A stretch of 64,000 bases of DNA from a virus, in the IMG/VR virus record IMGVR_UViG_3300020810_000992, positions 1 through 64,000 of that record. The stretch is one strand, 5' to 3'. Below, piece after piece: positions 29,268 through 39,408 of the stretch. The notes under the pieces were generated by a model that saw only the letters and a program-made list of their open reading frames with translations, was not told where the DNA came from and searched no databases. Both the position numbers and the translations under genes were made by a program. Numbering within the stretch: the stretch's first letter is position 1; each line of letters opens with the position of its first letter.

Positions 29268-29315
29268 TATAAATACACTGTATAGAATGATTAACTTTTA
29301 CATAAGGAGTAAAAA

Positions 29316-29903
29316 ATGAGTTTAGCAAGTTTAACGCAGGCCGCTCACCAGAACGCAGAACGTCAAGAATTCGCAAGAAAAATGATGTCGGGTGAAATGA
29401 GCGACGCAGAATATAAAACATATTTGTGGAACATGTGGCTGGTATATGATGTACTAGAAGATGTTGCATTAAGTATGGGCGTATTTGGTCCACAAGACCT
29501 ATCTATGCCAGATGATGATCTACCACTAGATGGCTTAACACAAGCTGATGATATTATGGCAGACTTTATCGAATTAGGGGGTGATGCAGATAATCCACCT
29601 GTTACTGTAGACGCAGTCGAAGAATACAGAAGCCATATTATTAAAAATTGTCAGCACGACAAAGATAAACTAATGGCACATGTTTATGTAAGACATATGG
29701 GCGACTTGAGCGGTGGACAAATGATTGCCGCAAAAGTACCTGGGTCAGGTAAAATGTATCAGTTTGCTGATATGACACACAGTGTCGATGAAATGAAAAA
29801 TGCTATTCGTAAGCGTACAAAAGACAGTATGGCCGACGAAGCTAATAAAGCATTTGAATTTTCTATTAAGATTTTTGAGCAACTAAACGATCTAAGCTAC
29901 TAG
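29316..29903 (+). CDS. hemO: heme oxygenase
   Basis: T..AHQNAE (proximal His) and AHVYVRHMGDLSGGQMI. Confidence 0.92.
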   Translation: MSLASLTQAAHQNAERQEFARKMMSGEMSDAEYKTYLWNMWLVYDVLEDVALSMGVFGPQDLSMPDDDLPLDGLTQADDIMADFIELGGDADNPPVTVDAVEEYRSHIIKNCQHDKDKLMAHVYVRHMGDLSGGQMIAAKVPGSGKMYQFADMTHSVDEMKNAIRKRTKDSMADEANKAFEFSIKIFEQLNDLSY

Positions 29904-29904
29904 T

Positions 29905-30585
29905 ATGATCTGGAATCAGCTCATCGAATGTAAAGACCAAATCATTCAAGCATTTGACCACCACGGTGTTGAAATAAATGAACCAGGAATGGAACATTTT
30001 AATCAACCCGATGGTGGTTGGATTAATAGAGTTTGGCAAAACGAAGATGTCCGTAGGGCGCACATCGACGTAGTTGATGCTAGAGATACAAAAGGTTTAT
30101 GGATGATGCATGTTTGCATTTTCCCACAACTTAACAATGATGCACCGATTTATGGCTTTGATGTAATTGCAGGCAAAAATAAGATGACGGGTGCATTCCA
30201 TGATTTTAGTCCAACATCAAATCCTAATCATCCAATGATCAACTGGTATGAACATTCAGTAAAAGACTTTATACCTGAAAAGAAAAGAGAACTACCTGAA
30301 TGGGCAACTAACATCTTTACTCCTAGTATGGTTGCGGCAAGCAATGTACGAGAAGAAGAGTCAGCAGTTATTATTGATCTTGCACTTAACAATCTATACG
30401 AATACTTAGACCAAGTAGGTGAGTATAATGGTTCAGGTAACGTTGATATTGTTACAGCCGGTCAAAACTATTATTGTCATAACCAGCAACAAAATCCACA
30501 TACTCCTCGTGTAATGAAATCATTAGGACTTGCAGAAGCAGATGTAGACAAGTTTTGTACTGATATGCTTTTCCCTAAATTATAA
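29905..30585 (+). CDS. pcyX: ferredoxin-dependent bilin reductase (PcyX/PcyA-like)
   Basis: RRAHI...MMHVCIFP...PIYGFDVI...AFHDFSP...RELPEWA.IF...YCHNQQQNPHT; follows heme oxygenase. Confidence 0.85.
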   Translation: MIWNQLIECKDQIIQAFDHHGVEINEPGMEHFNQPDGGWINRVWQNEDVRRAHIDVVDARDTKGLWMMHVCIFPQLNNDAPIYGFDVIAGKNKMTGAFHDFSPTSNPNHPMINWYEHSVKDFIPEKKRELPEWATNIFTPSMVAASNVREEESAVIIDLALNNLYEYLDQVGEYNGSGNVDIVTAGQNYYCHNQQQNPHTPRVMKSLGLAEADVDKFCTDMLFPKL

Positions 30586-30720
30586 TAAATAAGTTAGTAA
30601 TGTACAGCGTGAGGGCTATACTTTATTAGGCTTCACATAATACTCCAACTAAAATCCTCCATAATTAATATAAATATGTATATGAGATAGATTGGGCAAT
30701 AATTCTCATGGAGGGCAATC

Positions 30721-31200
30721 ATGAAGAAACTTATTATACTTACTGGAATCCTGATTTCAGCTACAGTTACAGCAAATGCAAGTGAATTAGGTTGGGGTTT
30801 TAAATCGCCAGCATTTCATTATGGAAACGGTTACAGTACACACGTTCTAAGTGTAGAACAACTCCAGCATAATCGTAAACAGGATCTAGCAGATAAGCGT
30901 AGAGCTGAAGAAGATCGTCTAGCAAGAGAGCTAGAAAACACAACCTTAAACAAATTTCTTAAAAACGTAGAATCACGTATATACGCAACACTATCTAAGC
31001 AGATGGTAGACAATATGTTTGCTACCTGTTCAGATGCTAGTGGTGCAACTTGTCCTACAACAGGAACAGCAGAAATAGAAGGTTCAACTATTACTTGGAC
31101 CAAAGACACAACTACAGGAAGTATTAACCTTGTTGTTGTAGATGCAGATGGTAGTACAACAGAAATTACTATCCCAGGATCAGGGGAGTTTAATTTCTAA
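30721..31200 (+). CDS. csgF: curli assembly protein CsgF-like
   Basis: Signal peptide then ASEL..FKSPAF..GNG; C-terminal GSTTEITIP; adjacent to csgG. Confidence 0.8.
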   Translation: MKKLIILTGILISATVTANASELGWGFKSPAFHYGNGYSTHVLSVEQLQHNRKQDLADKRRAEEDRLARELENTTLNKFLKNVESRIYATLSKQMVDNMFATCSDASGATCPTTGTAEIEGSTITWTKDTTTGSINLVVVDADGSTTEITIPGSGEFNF

Positions 31201-32003
31201 TGAAAGCATTAATATTAGCAATATCCTTAGTACTACTTGGCGGATGTAGTACTATGCAAGAAAGCCTAAATATTAAAGACAATGCAGGTCCTGCAACTGT
31301 ACAGAGAGCTCCACTTGCAGATAGAATGAATGCAGTACCAGAGTTAGATGGTAAGAAAATTACTATTGCTGTATACAGTTTTCAAGATAAAACAGGACAG
31401 CGCAAACCAGCAGACCATATTGCTAACCTAAGTTCAGCTGTAACACAGGGTGCTGAAGTTTGGGTTATTAAAGCACTACAAGATGTAGGTAGTGGCACTT
31501 GGTTTGATGTAGTTGAGCGTGTTGGTATGGATAACTTAATTAAAGAACGTCAATTAATACGTAACACAAGAGACAATTATGAAAAAGATTTAAAGGAAGG
31601 TCCTACTCCGTTAAAGCCAATGGTATTTGCAGGATTAATTTTAGAAGGCGGAATAGTAGGATATGACAGCAATGTTACCATGGGTGGTGCAGGTGCAAGA
31701 TATTTAGGAATAGGCGCACAAACAGAGTATCGTGTAGATAATGTTACTGTTGTAATGCGCCTTGTGAGCGTTAGTACTGGGCGAGTACTAATGAGCGTGG
31801 CTACGCAAAAGACGATAGCCAGTTATAGATCCGGAGCGGATGTATTCAAGTTCTTTGACTTAGGTACTAAATTAGTTGAAACAGAAACAGGGTACTCGGT
31901 CAATGAACCAGTCAATTATGCAGTTAGGGCCGCCATAGAGGCCGGCGTAATTGAATTAATTTATGAGGGAAAAGAGAGGACTTTATGGAAGTTCAAGAAA
32001 TGA
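31200..32003 (+). CDS. csgG: curli secretion channel CsgG/HfaB-like lipoprotein
   Basis: Lipobox LGGC; AVYSFQDKTGQRKP...SSAVTQG...WFDVVER..NL.KERQ.IR...LEGGIVGYD. Confidence 0.92.
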   Translation: MKALILAISLVLLGGCSTMQESLNIKDNAGPATVQRAPLADRMNAVPELDGKKITIAVYSFQDKTGQRKPADHIANLSSAVTQGAEVWVIKALQDVGSGTWFDVVERVGMDNLIKERQLIRNTRDNYEKDLKEGPTPLKPMVFAGLILEGGIVGYDSNVTMGGAGARYLGIGAQTEYRVDNVTVVMRLVSVSTGRVLMSVATQKTIASYRSGADVFKFFDLGTKLVETETGYSVNEPVNYAVRAAIEAGVIELIYEGKERTLWKFKK

Positions 32004-32015
32004 GGGAAAAACTAA

Positions 32016-32729
32016 ATGAAACAATACCTAATAATGCTGTTCCTAGCATTGTTAATGGTACCTGGACCATCCGCGGCTAACGAAATATATATCGACCAAG
32101 TTGGGGATAATCTAGACCTAGACATTGTACAAGATGGATCGAGTAATCAGTTCGGTGATAGCACAGCTGATATTGATCTTGACGGGGACGATATGACATT
32201 TTCAATTACTCAAACCGGAAATAACAACGACATTGCCGCTATTATTAATGGTAACACATACACAGGTACTTGGAGTTTTACAGGTGATTATAACACTGTA
32301 GACCTTACTTGTGATAGTGGTGGAGTAAATTGTGAAAACATAACACTAAACATTACAACTACAGGAGATACTAACGACTTCACTTTTGCTATTGGTGGTA
32401 CATCTAATTCAGATGGTTCAACTATAGCATTTACTGTAACAGGTGACAACAACATCATAGATACAACAGTTGATGGGGAAAGTGTAGCACTTGCTGTAAC
32501 AATTAACAACTCTTCAAGTCTAGCAACAACCAGTGCTAACGGAGATGAGGGAGTTGCAGTTACTATTGACTCAAGTGGTGATGGAAATACTAACGGACAT
32601 TCAGTTACATTGAGCGTCACCGGTGGTGGTAGCACGTATGATATTAATCAAAGCGGTATTAACGATAATACCGTAAATGCTACATTCAGCGGCGACAATC
32701 ATGATGTGGATATAACACAGAGTGACTAA
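32016..32729 (+). CDS. curlin-like repeat protein
   Basis: Signal peptide; NEIYIDQ.GDN; repeated x-I-x-Q/T-x-G-x-x-N units. Confidence 0.75.
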   Translation: MKQYLIMLFLALLMVPGPSAANEIYIDQVGDNLDLDIVQDGSSNQFGDSTADIDLDGDDMTFSITQTGNNNDIAAIINGNTYTGTWSFTGDYNTVDLTCDSGGVNCENITLNITTTGDTNDFTFAIGGTSNSDGSTIAFTVTGDNNIIDTTVDGESVALAVTINNSSSLATTSANGDEGVAVTIDSSGDGNTNGHSVTLSVTGGGSTYDINQSGINDNTVNATFSGDNHDVDITQSD

Positions 32730-33865
32730 TGTTTAGAGCTTCACTTATTACTATCCTGATTGGCTTATATATGCCATCTGCCGCTATCGCAGTTCCTGCA
32801 GGTGCGATTGGCGAAATTAAAGGCAGTGGTGCTATTGAAAGAGGCAAGGATGTAATTGAGGGCACAAGTGGCGTAGGTATCGAAATGAACGATACCGCCG
32901 TCACAGCCAATGGTCGTATGAGAATCGATTTCAAAGACGAAACAAGAGTTGATTTAACAGAACATGCTAGATTAACTATTGACGAATTTGTATACGATCC
33001 TGCAAACGATGTTGGTTCACTATCGATCAAGGCAACACTGGGAGGTGTACGTTATGCTTCAGGGCAAATAGCAAAACGTTACCAACAGAATGTTAAGATC
33101 AAAACGCCGTCTGCTACAATCGGAGTTAGGGGAACCGATTTTGTAATAGTAGTAGATGAGATGGGTGGTAGTATGATTACTCTTCTACCTTCATGTGATG
33201 TAACAGGTTACTGTTACACAGGTGAGATAGAAGTGCAAACCGATGCGGGCTTTGTCGTCATGAATCAAGCCTTCCAATCAACCATGACTTCCACTAGGAT
33301 GCAACCTCCATCTCCCCCTTTATTATTAGATATAGATGAAAGTATGATTAATCAATTACTAATACTTCGTAAGCGTAATCCATATCAAGAAGAAGAATAT
33401 GAAATTAAAAAAAGATCAATGGCTATGTACGATTTCCTAGGACTTGACTTTTTAGAGTTTGACGGTTTATCTGATGATGCTTTGAATGTTGACGACATAT
33501 GGGTAACAACATTAGATGAAAGTGATTACTTACTAGGCGAATTACTATACGATATGCTAGATCAACTCAATGCCGCGCTGATGGCTATTTTTAAGAGTGA
33601 ACTGGACAGGCAAAATGAAACATTACTTAAAGAAGAAGATTCAAGTATGTATGGATTTAATCCAGAGACAGGCATAAGGCTAAACAAAACAGGCACAGGT
33701 TGGCATTGGACGAGGGAAGACAATGGCGGCAACAATTACATCAGCATTAAGATGCATGATCAATATGGTTATTCACTTAATGTACAACAAGGAGACTTTG
33801 CTACTTATGACTACCGTTTGGGCACGAGCACTAATAATAGCATTGACATTGTTCAGTCAAACTAG
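32729..33865 (+). CDS. FecR-domain protein
   Basis: D...TANGRMRIDFKDET...IDEFVYDP...IKTPSATIGVRGTDF; C-terminal curlin-like IDIVQSN. Confidence 0.85.
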   Translation: MFRASLITILIGLYMPSAAIAVPAGAIGEIKGSGAIERGKDVIEGTSGVGIEMNDTAVTANGRMRIDFKDETRVDLTEHARLTIDEFVYDPANDVGSLSIKATLGGVRYASGQIAKRYQQNVKIKTPSATIGVRGTDFVIVVDEMGGSMITLLPSCDVTGYCYTGEIEVQTDAGFVVMNQAFQSTMTSTRMQPPSPPLLLDIDESMINQLLILRKRNPYQEEEYEIKKRSMAMYDFLGLDFLEFDGLSDDALNVDDIWVTTLDESDYLLGELLYDMLDQLNAALMAIFKSELDRQNETLLKEEDSSMYGFNPETGIRLNKTGTGWHWTREDNGGNNYISIKMHDQYGYSLNVQQGDFATYDYRLGTSTNNSIDIVQSN

Positions 33866-34589
33866 TTGGGCTAACGAAATATACATTGATCAAGCAGGCG
33901 ATAACCTTGTGTTGACTGTTGACCAAAAAGGTTCTAACAATCAAGTAAAAGGTTATACAACTGTAGATGCTCCTATCGACGGTGCTAATAATACAGTCGT
34001 AATCAATCAAGGCTATGAAGGCAACAATTTGATCCGAATGGATATAAATGGTACTAACAATGATGTCGCAGTAAATCAAGAGCGTACAACCGCTGGCGGA
34101 TACGATACAGATAGTTACGGATATCATTCATCAAGGATAGAACTAGACGGCAATGGTAATACAGTAGATATTACACAACGCAACAACAGTGGTAGTTCAG
34201 CAGGACACACTAGTAATGTTAGATTCCGTGGAGACGACAATAGTTTGACTACACTTCAAACAGGCACAGGTGGTGCCAACGGACATCTAAGTTGGGTCTA
34301 TACACACGATACTGAGTCTAATAATACAGTAGACATATTTCAAAACAGCGATAGTGCTGATCACAAAGCAACTGTTAGTCTTTATACAGACGGTAACAAA
34401 GTAGATATCAATCAAACAGGCGCAACACAAAACAATGCTTATGTACTATTTTCAAGCAGTGCATCAGGACCTACAGATTTTACACTAAATCAAAACGGTG
34501 GAGACACCTACGGCAATGCTGACACAGGATCATACGCTACAATAAGTTGTGGCAATGTAGGAGGCTGTATAGTTACAGTCTCACAATAA
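33807..34589 (+). CDS. curlin-repeat protein
   Basis: Signal peptide; ANEIYIDQAGDN; many QxGxxN/GxxNxVxIxQ repeats. Confidence 0.8.
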   Translation: MTTVWARALIIALTLFSQTSWANEIYIDQAGDNLVLTVDQKGSNNQVKGYTTVDAPIDGANNTVVINQGYEGNNLIRMDINGTNNDVAVNQERTTAGGYDTDSYGYHSSRIELDGNGNTVDITQRNNSGSSAGHTSNVRFRGDDNSLTTLQTGTGGANGHLSWVYTHDTESNNTVDIFQNSDSADHKATVSLYTDGNKVDINQTGATQNNAYVLFSSSASGPTDFTLNQNGGDTYGNADTGSYATISCGNVGGCIVTVSQ

Positions 34590-34611
34590 TATATTTTTGG
34601 AGGGCAAAAAA

Positions 34612-34998
34612 ATGAAATATATTTTAATGGGCATAGCTCTGGCGGTACTTTTCGTATCACCCGCTTGGGCTAACAAAAACAACGAAATAATGAAACAGTG
34701 TGTACAACAGTTCGCACCAGACTATAACAGAGCCAGTGCTTGTTACTTTGATTGGAAGACAGGTGACAACGCTGTAAAACTAGCAGAGATGCGTGATTTT
34801 CTTAAGCACAATCCACGCTATAGATTTCCAGGACAAAGTCTAAACAAGTGTTGGGGTAAGCCTCGTGAAATGCCATTTGAAAGTGCATACATTGAACGCA
34901 CAGGTGACGGCTTTAGAGCAGGTGTAAGTTACAAAGATAAACTGCCAGCAGGATGCTACGAAACAGCACCATGGGATAACCGTGATGTGGAAAACTAG
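34612..34998 (+). CDS. secreted Cys-containing hypothetical protein
   Basis: Signal peptide (AWA); RBS GGAGGG. Confidence 0.7.
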   Translation: MKYILMGIALAVLFVSPAWANKNNEIMKQCVQQFAPDYNRASACYFDWKTGDNAVKLAEMRDFLKHNPRYRFPGQSLNKCWGKPREMPFESAYIERTGDGFRAGVSYKDKLPAGCYETAPWDNRDVEN

Positions 34999-35215
34999 TA
35001 TTGTAATGGTAACCTTCCTTTTCCTAATGCTGTATGGCATATTTGCATACAGTGGCACAAGTCAGATGTATTGGGAAAACGTAGGACCGCAATGGGATCG
35101 TATGCTTAACCCGTGTTCTTACAAAGTTTGTGATTAACATATATGATAATGTAAAATCATTGTACAATAAATAATAGTAGGACGAGGGCAAAACGTCCAT
35201 AACGAGGGTAACAAC

Positions 35216-37126
35216 ATGAAAAAGAAACTTTTGGCAAGCGCCGTTCTGGCGGCTTTGCTTTCAACTACGGCTCTAGCCGACACATCAAGCATGAATTCGA
35301 GCGTAACTGGTATGGGTATACTTGAAAACGAATGGGTACGTGCAGGAGTAAACGGAACAGCAGGTACATTTGGTTCAGGAGGCGGCACAAGCCCAGGACT
35401 ATTATTTGATCCAACAGGTACAGGTACATTCAATCCAAGTTACGACTACCTAACACCAGGATCACCGTTTGACGGTTTTAGTGTTAAAGTAGATGGCACA
35501 AACTACTATAATAACAATGCCAGCGGTACTGCAATCGCAAATGACGGCAACGGACTTACAGACGGTGAAAACAGTTTAAGTTGGACAGGCGGAGTAGATA
35601 GTGTGTTTAATATTACAAACACTTATTCACTTGCACCAGCAACACCATATGTAGATATTTCATCAAGTATAACAATGTTAACTGATGCAACAACACTATC
35701 ATTTGGTAAGTATATCGATCCAGACAGCCAAGGTATGCCTGGCGATAGTTCAGCAACAGACAACGTACTAGGTTATGGTGTTATTCCAAGCACAAACGTT
35801 GCGTTCTCAGAAGCAACTGTAAGTCGTTATGCACTGGGTATCTACACAACAGACACAAACGTAACAGCAGGTGTTGAAGGGTGGACACAAGAAGCAGACG
35901 GATATGAAGGTACAAACTATACAGATGCAGATGGCAATCCTGTAAACTATGGTACTGGTGATGACACCATTGGTATTAGTTGGACTTGGACAGGTGTTAG
36001 CACAGGCGATATTTTAACAGCAAGTTATGCTTATATCTTTGGACCAAGTGCATTTGATGCGGCAAGTGATGCTGTAGAAGGCGGAGCAGGTGGTGGTGAC
36101 ACTACAACAACAGACAGCTGGGGTACAGTTGAAGATGTTGGTTCAGCAACTGATGCGGCAAGTGGTGGAAGTGAGCCAGTTATCACCTACAGTGATCCTG
36201 TTGTAGACACAGATCGTCCTGTACTAACAGCAAGTATCACACACCACACAGCAAGTGAAACTGTTACTGTGCAAACTATTGACAGAGAAAAAACAACAAC
36301 TGTTACAACACCAATGGAAATTATTACTTACACAGATGGTGTAGAAACTGCTAGAACAGACACAACTAGCGACATCGTAACAACTGTAACTGATCCAGGA
36401 TCATTCACAGGACGTATTGATCAAGCGGCAACTGCACAAGACGTTGTAGGTAGCACACTAAGAACGTTAGACTTCAAAAACATTCAAGGTATTAGATCTA
36501 ACAGCAAGTACGACAATGGCATGAGCGGTAGCACAACTGGTGCCGTTATTGGTGGTAACAAAGAACTAGAAAACGGTGTTACTATTTCAGGTGGCTTTAC
36601 AAGACTAGGCACAGCTCTAACAGGTAACGGTGATTCGGTTGATGCAGAAACTACAGCATTTGCTGGTGGAGTTGCTAGAGATGGTGTTAGTGTAGAACTA
36701 CGTCATGCAATGACAGACTACACAATGTCACGTACTATCGGCGACTTTGCTAATACAGGCAAAACAGCAGGTACAGACACAAGTGCTAGAATTATGTACT
36801 CACCAGAAACAGGCAAAGTAAATCCTGTGTTCGGTTACACACGTGGTAAGCGTACAATGGACGGTTATGAAGAAGCAGGTTCAATCCAGAGTGCTAGAAC
36901 AGTAGCAGAAACAGATGAAATGTATGGTTATGGTACTGTAGGACTACGTGGCGATCTAGGACTAGTTGACTTTACGGCAATGCATCACACAGACGGTGTT
37001 AATGATATTTCATTAGGCTTAGAAAAAGATACAGGCGATGTTACTTGGAGAGTAGAAGGCACAAGAAGCATGACAGACTTAGGTTCAACTAATGCCATTT
37101 CTGCAGGATTGGTAATTAAGTTCTAA
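35216..37126 (+). CDS. autotransporter-like secreted protein (passenger plus C-terminal beta-barrel)
   Basis: Signal peptide, T/G/D-rich passenger, C-terminal amphipathic strands ending AGLVIKF. Confidence 0.7.
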   Translation: MKKKLLASAVLAALLSTTALADTSSMNSSVTGMGILENEWVRAGVNGTAGTFGSGGGTSPGLLFDPTGTGTFNPSYDYLTPGSPFDGFSVKVDGTNYYNNNASGTAIANDGNGLTDGENSLSWTGGVDSVFNITNTYSLAPATPYVDISSSITMLTDATTLSFGKYIDPDSQGMPGDSSATDNVLGYGVIPSTNVAFSEATVSRYALGIYTTDTNVTAGVEGWTQEADGYEGTNYTDADGNPVNYGTGDDTIGISWTWTGVSTGDILTASYAYIFGPSAFDAASDAVEGGAGGGDTTTTDSWGTVEDVGSATDAASGGSEPVITYSDPVVDTDRPVLTASITHHTASETVTVQTIDREKTTTVTTPMEIITYTDGVETARTDTTSDIVTTVTDPGSFTGRIDQAATAQDVVGSTLRTLDFKNIQGIRSNSKYDNGMSGSTTGAVIGGNKELENGVTISGGFTRLGTALTGNGDSVDAETTAFAGGVARDGVSVELRHAMTDYTMSRTIGDFANTGKTAGTDTSARIMYSPETGKVNPVFGYTRGKRTMDGYEEAGSIQSARTVAETDEMYGYGTVGLRGDLGLVDFTAMHHTDGVNDISLGLEKDTGDVTWRVEGTRSMTDLGSTNAISAGLVIKF

Positions 37127-37139
37127 GTAAATAACTGTA

Positions 37140-37205
37140 GAGAGGCACAGTTAGTTCTCCGCATTTAATAACGTTACCCTCGTTATGGAAGCTACTGTGC
37201 CTCTC
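37140..37205 (+). ncRNA. putative antisense hairpin sRNA
   Basis: Long stem GAGAGGCACAG/CTGTGCCTCTC; contains GTTACCCTCGTTATGGA, the exact reverse complement of 35196-35212; TAAATA at 37128. Confidence 0.55.
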
Positions 37206-37226
37206 GTCATGAGTGCTAAATACTGT

Positions 37227-39284
37227 ATGACGAAGTATATCACACATTGGACAATAGCGTTTGTAACGGCTGTAGTTATGATACTCATACACTACGGGGA
37301 TGGTACCCTTGTCCAAACGGCTCGGCTGAAGCAATTTGATCTACTTCAAACATCGGATCAGCCACTATTATCCCAAGATATTGCGGTAGTCACCATCGAC
37401 GAAACAGCTATTGAAAAGTACGGGCAATGGCCTTGGAAGCGAGATGTTCTAGCAGACATAGTCTGGAGACTTCGAGAAGCAGGTGCTGGTATTATAGTGA
37501 TACCTATTATCATGTCAGAGTCTGATAGACTTGGCGGCGACATGACATTAGCCGAAGCACTTGTAGGGAACGGTGTAGTTATTGCCCAAACGGGAACTAC
37601 GTCTGGAGTTAATCGTAATGCTGTCCCTAGAGGCGTTGCGAAAATTGGTGATCCGTTGCCATTTATGTTTGAATGGCCAGGGATGTTAGGACCAATACCA
37701 TTGCTAGGAGAAAATGCCGACGGTGTAGGAGTGTTAAACACTAATCCAGAAATCGACGGCGTGGTACGTAGAGTACCTCTCCTTGTACGTGTTCAGGATG
37801 AAACGTACCCTGCTTTAGCAGTGGAGGTAATACGACTTGCAACAGGAGCACCTAGTTATCAGGTTAAAGCTAACCAAGGCGGCATTGAGGCAATTCGTGT
37901 ACCAGGTTATCCGACAATAAAAACAGATCCAAATGCACAAGTTTGGTTACGCTGGAACAAACAATTTGAAACTGTTAGCATAGCTACAGAAGATCTAAGT
38001 ATTGTAGAAGGCAAAACTGTTATAATCGGAGTAACCGCAGAAGGCATAGGCGGTTTAATCGCTAGTCCGCTTGGACCACAATTTAATTATATTCCATCAG
38101 CAGTGACCCTACAAACAGTAATAGACGGAGATCAAATTCAACGTCCTTACTGGGCACTACTTGCAGAATTGATCACAACAGCAGTCTTGGGCATAGCCCT
38201 TGTGCTACTTGGACGATTTGCACCTTACTGGTTAGTTGGAATTAAATTAATTGTATTTGTGGGAGGACTCGCTTATGTTGCTCATTATGCATGGGCAAAC
38301 TACCTATACCTTTTAGATGTAACAATGCCAATAGTAACTGTTATTCTTGTAGGATTACATGCAGTATTCAATAGATTCGTAAGCGAATTCTTTGAAAAAC
38401 AAAAAATCAAAAAACAATTTGCAGGTTACGCTTCGCCAACTGTTGTTCGTATGCTACAGGAAAATCCAAGTTTAATCAAAGACGGTATGAAGAAAGAAGT
38501 TTCAATTTGTTTCTCAGACCTACGTGGCTTTACACCACTAGGTGAATCGTTTGGTGATGATGTAAAAGGTCTTACTCGCATTATGAATGGGTATATGGAC
38601 AGCATCACACAGCCTATACTTGATGCTGATGGTATGGTTATCAAATACATTGGTGATGCAAGTATGCATGTACACAATGCACCTATTGATGATCCTCATC
38701 ATCCTCGAACAGCAGTCGAAACAGGACTGCTCATGTTAAAGGCAGTGGAGAAATTTAATGAAACAGTTATTATTCCGGAGGGGCGTCCCCCTGTTGGTAT
38801 GGGTGCTGGCATTAATACTGGTCTTGGTTATCTTGGAGAAATGGGATCGACGGCTAGACACAGCTATGACGTCCTTGGAGATGCAGTCAGTACAGCCGCT
38901 CGTATTGAAAGCAAGTGTAAAGAGTACGGATGTTTATTACTTGTTGGAGAAAACACATACGAAGCAACCAAAAACAATTTCTTCTACCTCAAAGTAGATG
39001 ATTTACAAGTTAAAGGTAAAAGTGTTGGACTAAGCATTTATACAGTGCTTGATGGTATGAATAAAACTTCAGATCGTAAGAGCCAAAAACTACATGAGCA
39101 AATGCACGAAGCATATAGATCTCAGCAGTTCGATGAAGCTATTTGGCTTTGCGAAAGATTAATGAGACACTTTGATGGCAAGATGGAAGGTTATTACACA
39201 ATGTGGATTGAACGCTGTGAGTATATGAAAACTCAAGAACTTCCTAAAGACTGGAACGGCGTCTTTATCGCCACAAGTAAGTAA
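37227..39284 (+). CDS. CHASE2-domain adenylate/guanylate cyclase
   Basis: IDETAIEKYGQWPW.R (CHASE2), TMs, FSDLRGFT, IKYIGDA, GINTG, LGDAVSTAARIE. Confidence 0.93.
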   Translation: MTKYITHWTIAFVTAVVMILIHYGDGTLVQTARLKQFDLLQTSDQPLLSQDIAVVTIDETAIEKYGQWPWKRDVLADIVWRLREAGAGIIVIPIIMSESDRLGGDMTLAEALVGNGVVIAQTGTTSGVNRNAVPRGVAKIGDPLPFMFEWPGMLGPIPLLGENADGVGVLNTNPEIDGVVRRVPLLVRVQDETYPALAVEVIRLATGAPSYQVKANQGGIEAIRVPGYPTIKTDPNAQVWLRWNKQFETVSIATEDLSIVEGKTVIIGVTAEGIGGLIASPLGPQFNYIPSAVTLQTVIDGDQIQRPYWALLAELITTAVLGIALVLLGRFAPYWLVGIKLIVFVGGLAYVAHYAWANYLYLLDVTMPIVTVILVGLHAVFNRFVSEFFEKQKIKKQFAGYASPTVVRMLQENPSLIKDGMKKEVSICFSDLRGFTPLGESFGDDVKGLTRIMNGYMDSITQPILDADGMVIKYIGDASMHVHNAPIDDPHHPRTAVETGLLMLKAVEKFNETVIIPEGRPPVGMGAGINTGLGYLGEMGSTARHSYDVLGDAVSTAARIESKCKEYGCLLLVGENTYEATKNNFFYLKVDDLQVKGKSVGLSIYTVLDGMNKTSDRKSQKLHEQMHEAYRSQQFDEAIWLCERLMRHFDGKMEGYYTMWIERCEYMKTQELPKDWNGVFIATSK

Positions 39285-39291
39285 GTATTAA

Positions 39292-39408
39292 CTAGTCCTT
39301 ACAATCATCACAATTACACTTAAAGCATACATCGTTTACACAATGTTCGCAATCTTTATCCCTATGACACTCGTGACCGCAATCGCATTCTTTTTCAGAG
39401 TCTGTCAT
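39292..39408 (-). CDS. 38-aa Cys/His-rich metallothionein-like peptide (not in ORF track)
   Basis: MTDSEKECDCGHECHRDKDCEHCVNDVCFKCNCDDCKD; TAATG-coupled to the upstream gene. Confidence 0.65.
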   Translation of the reverse strand: MTDSEKECDCGHECHRDKDCEHCVNDVCFKCNCDDCKD

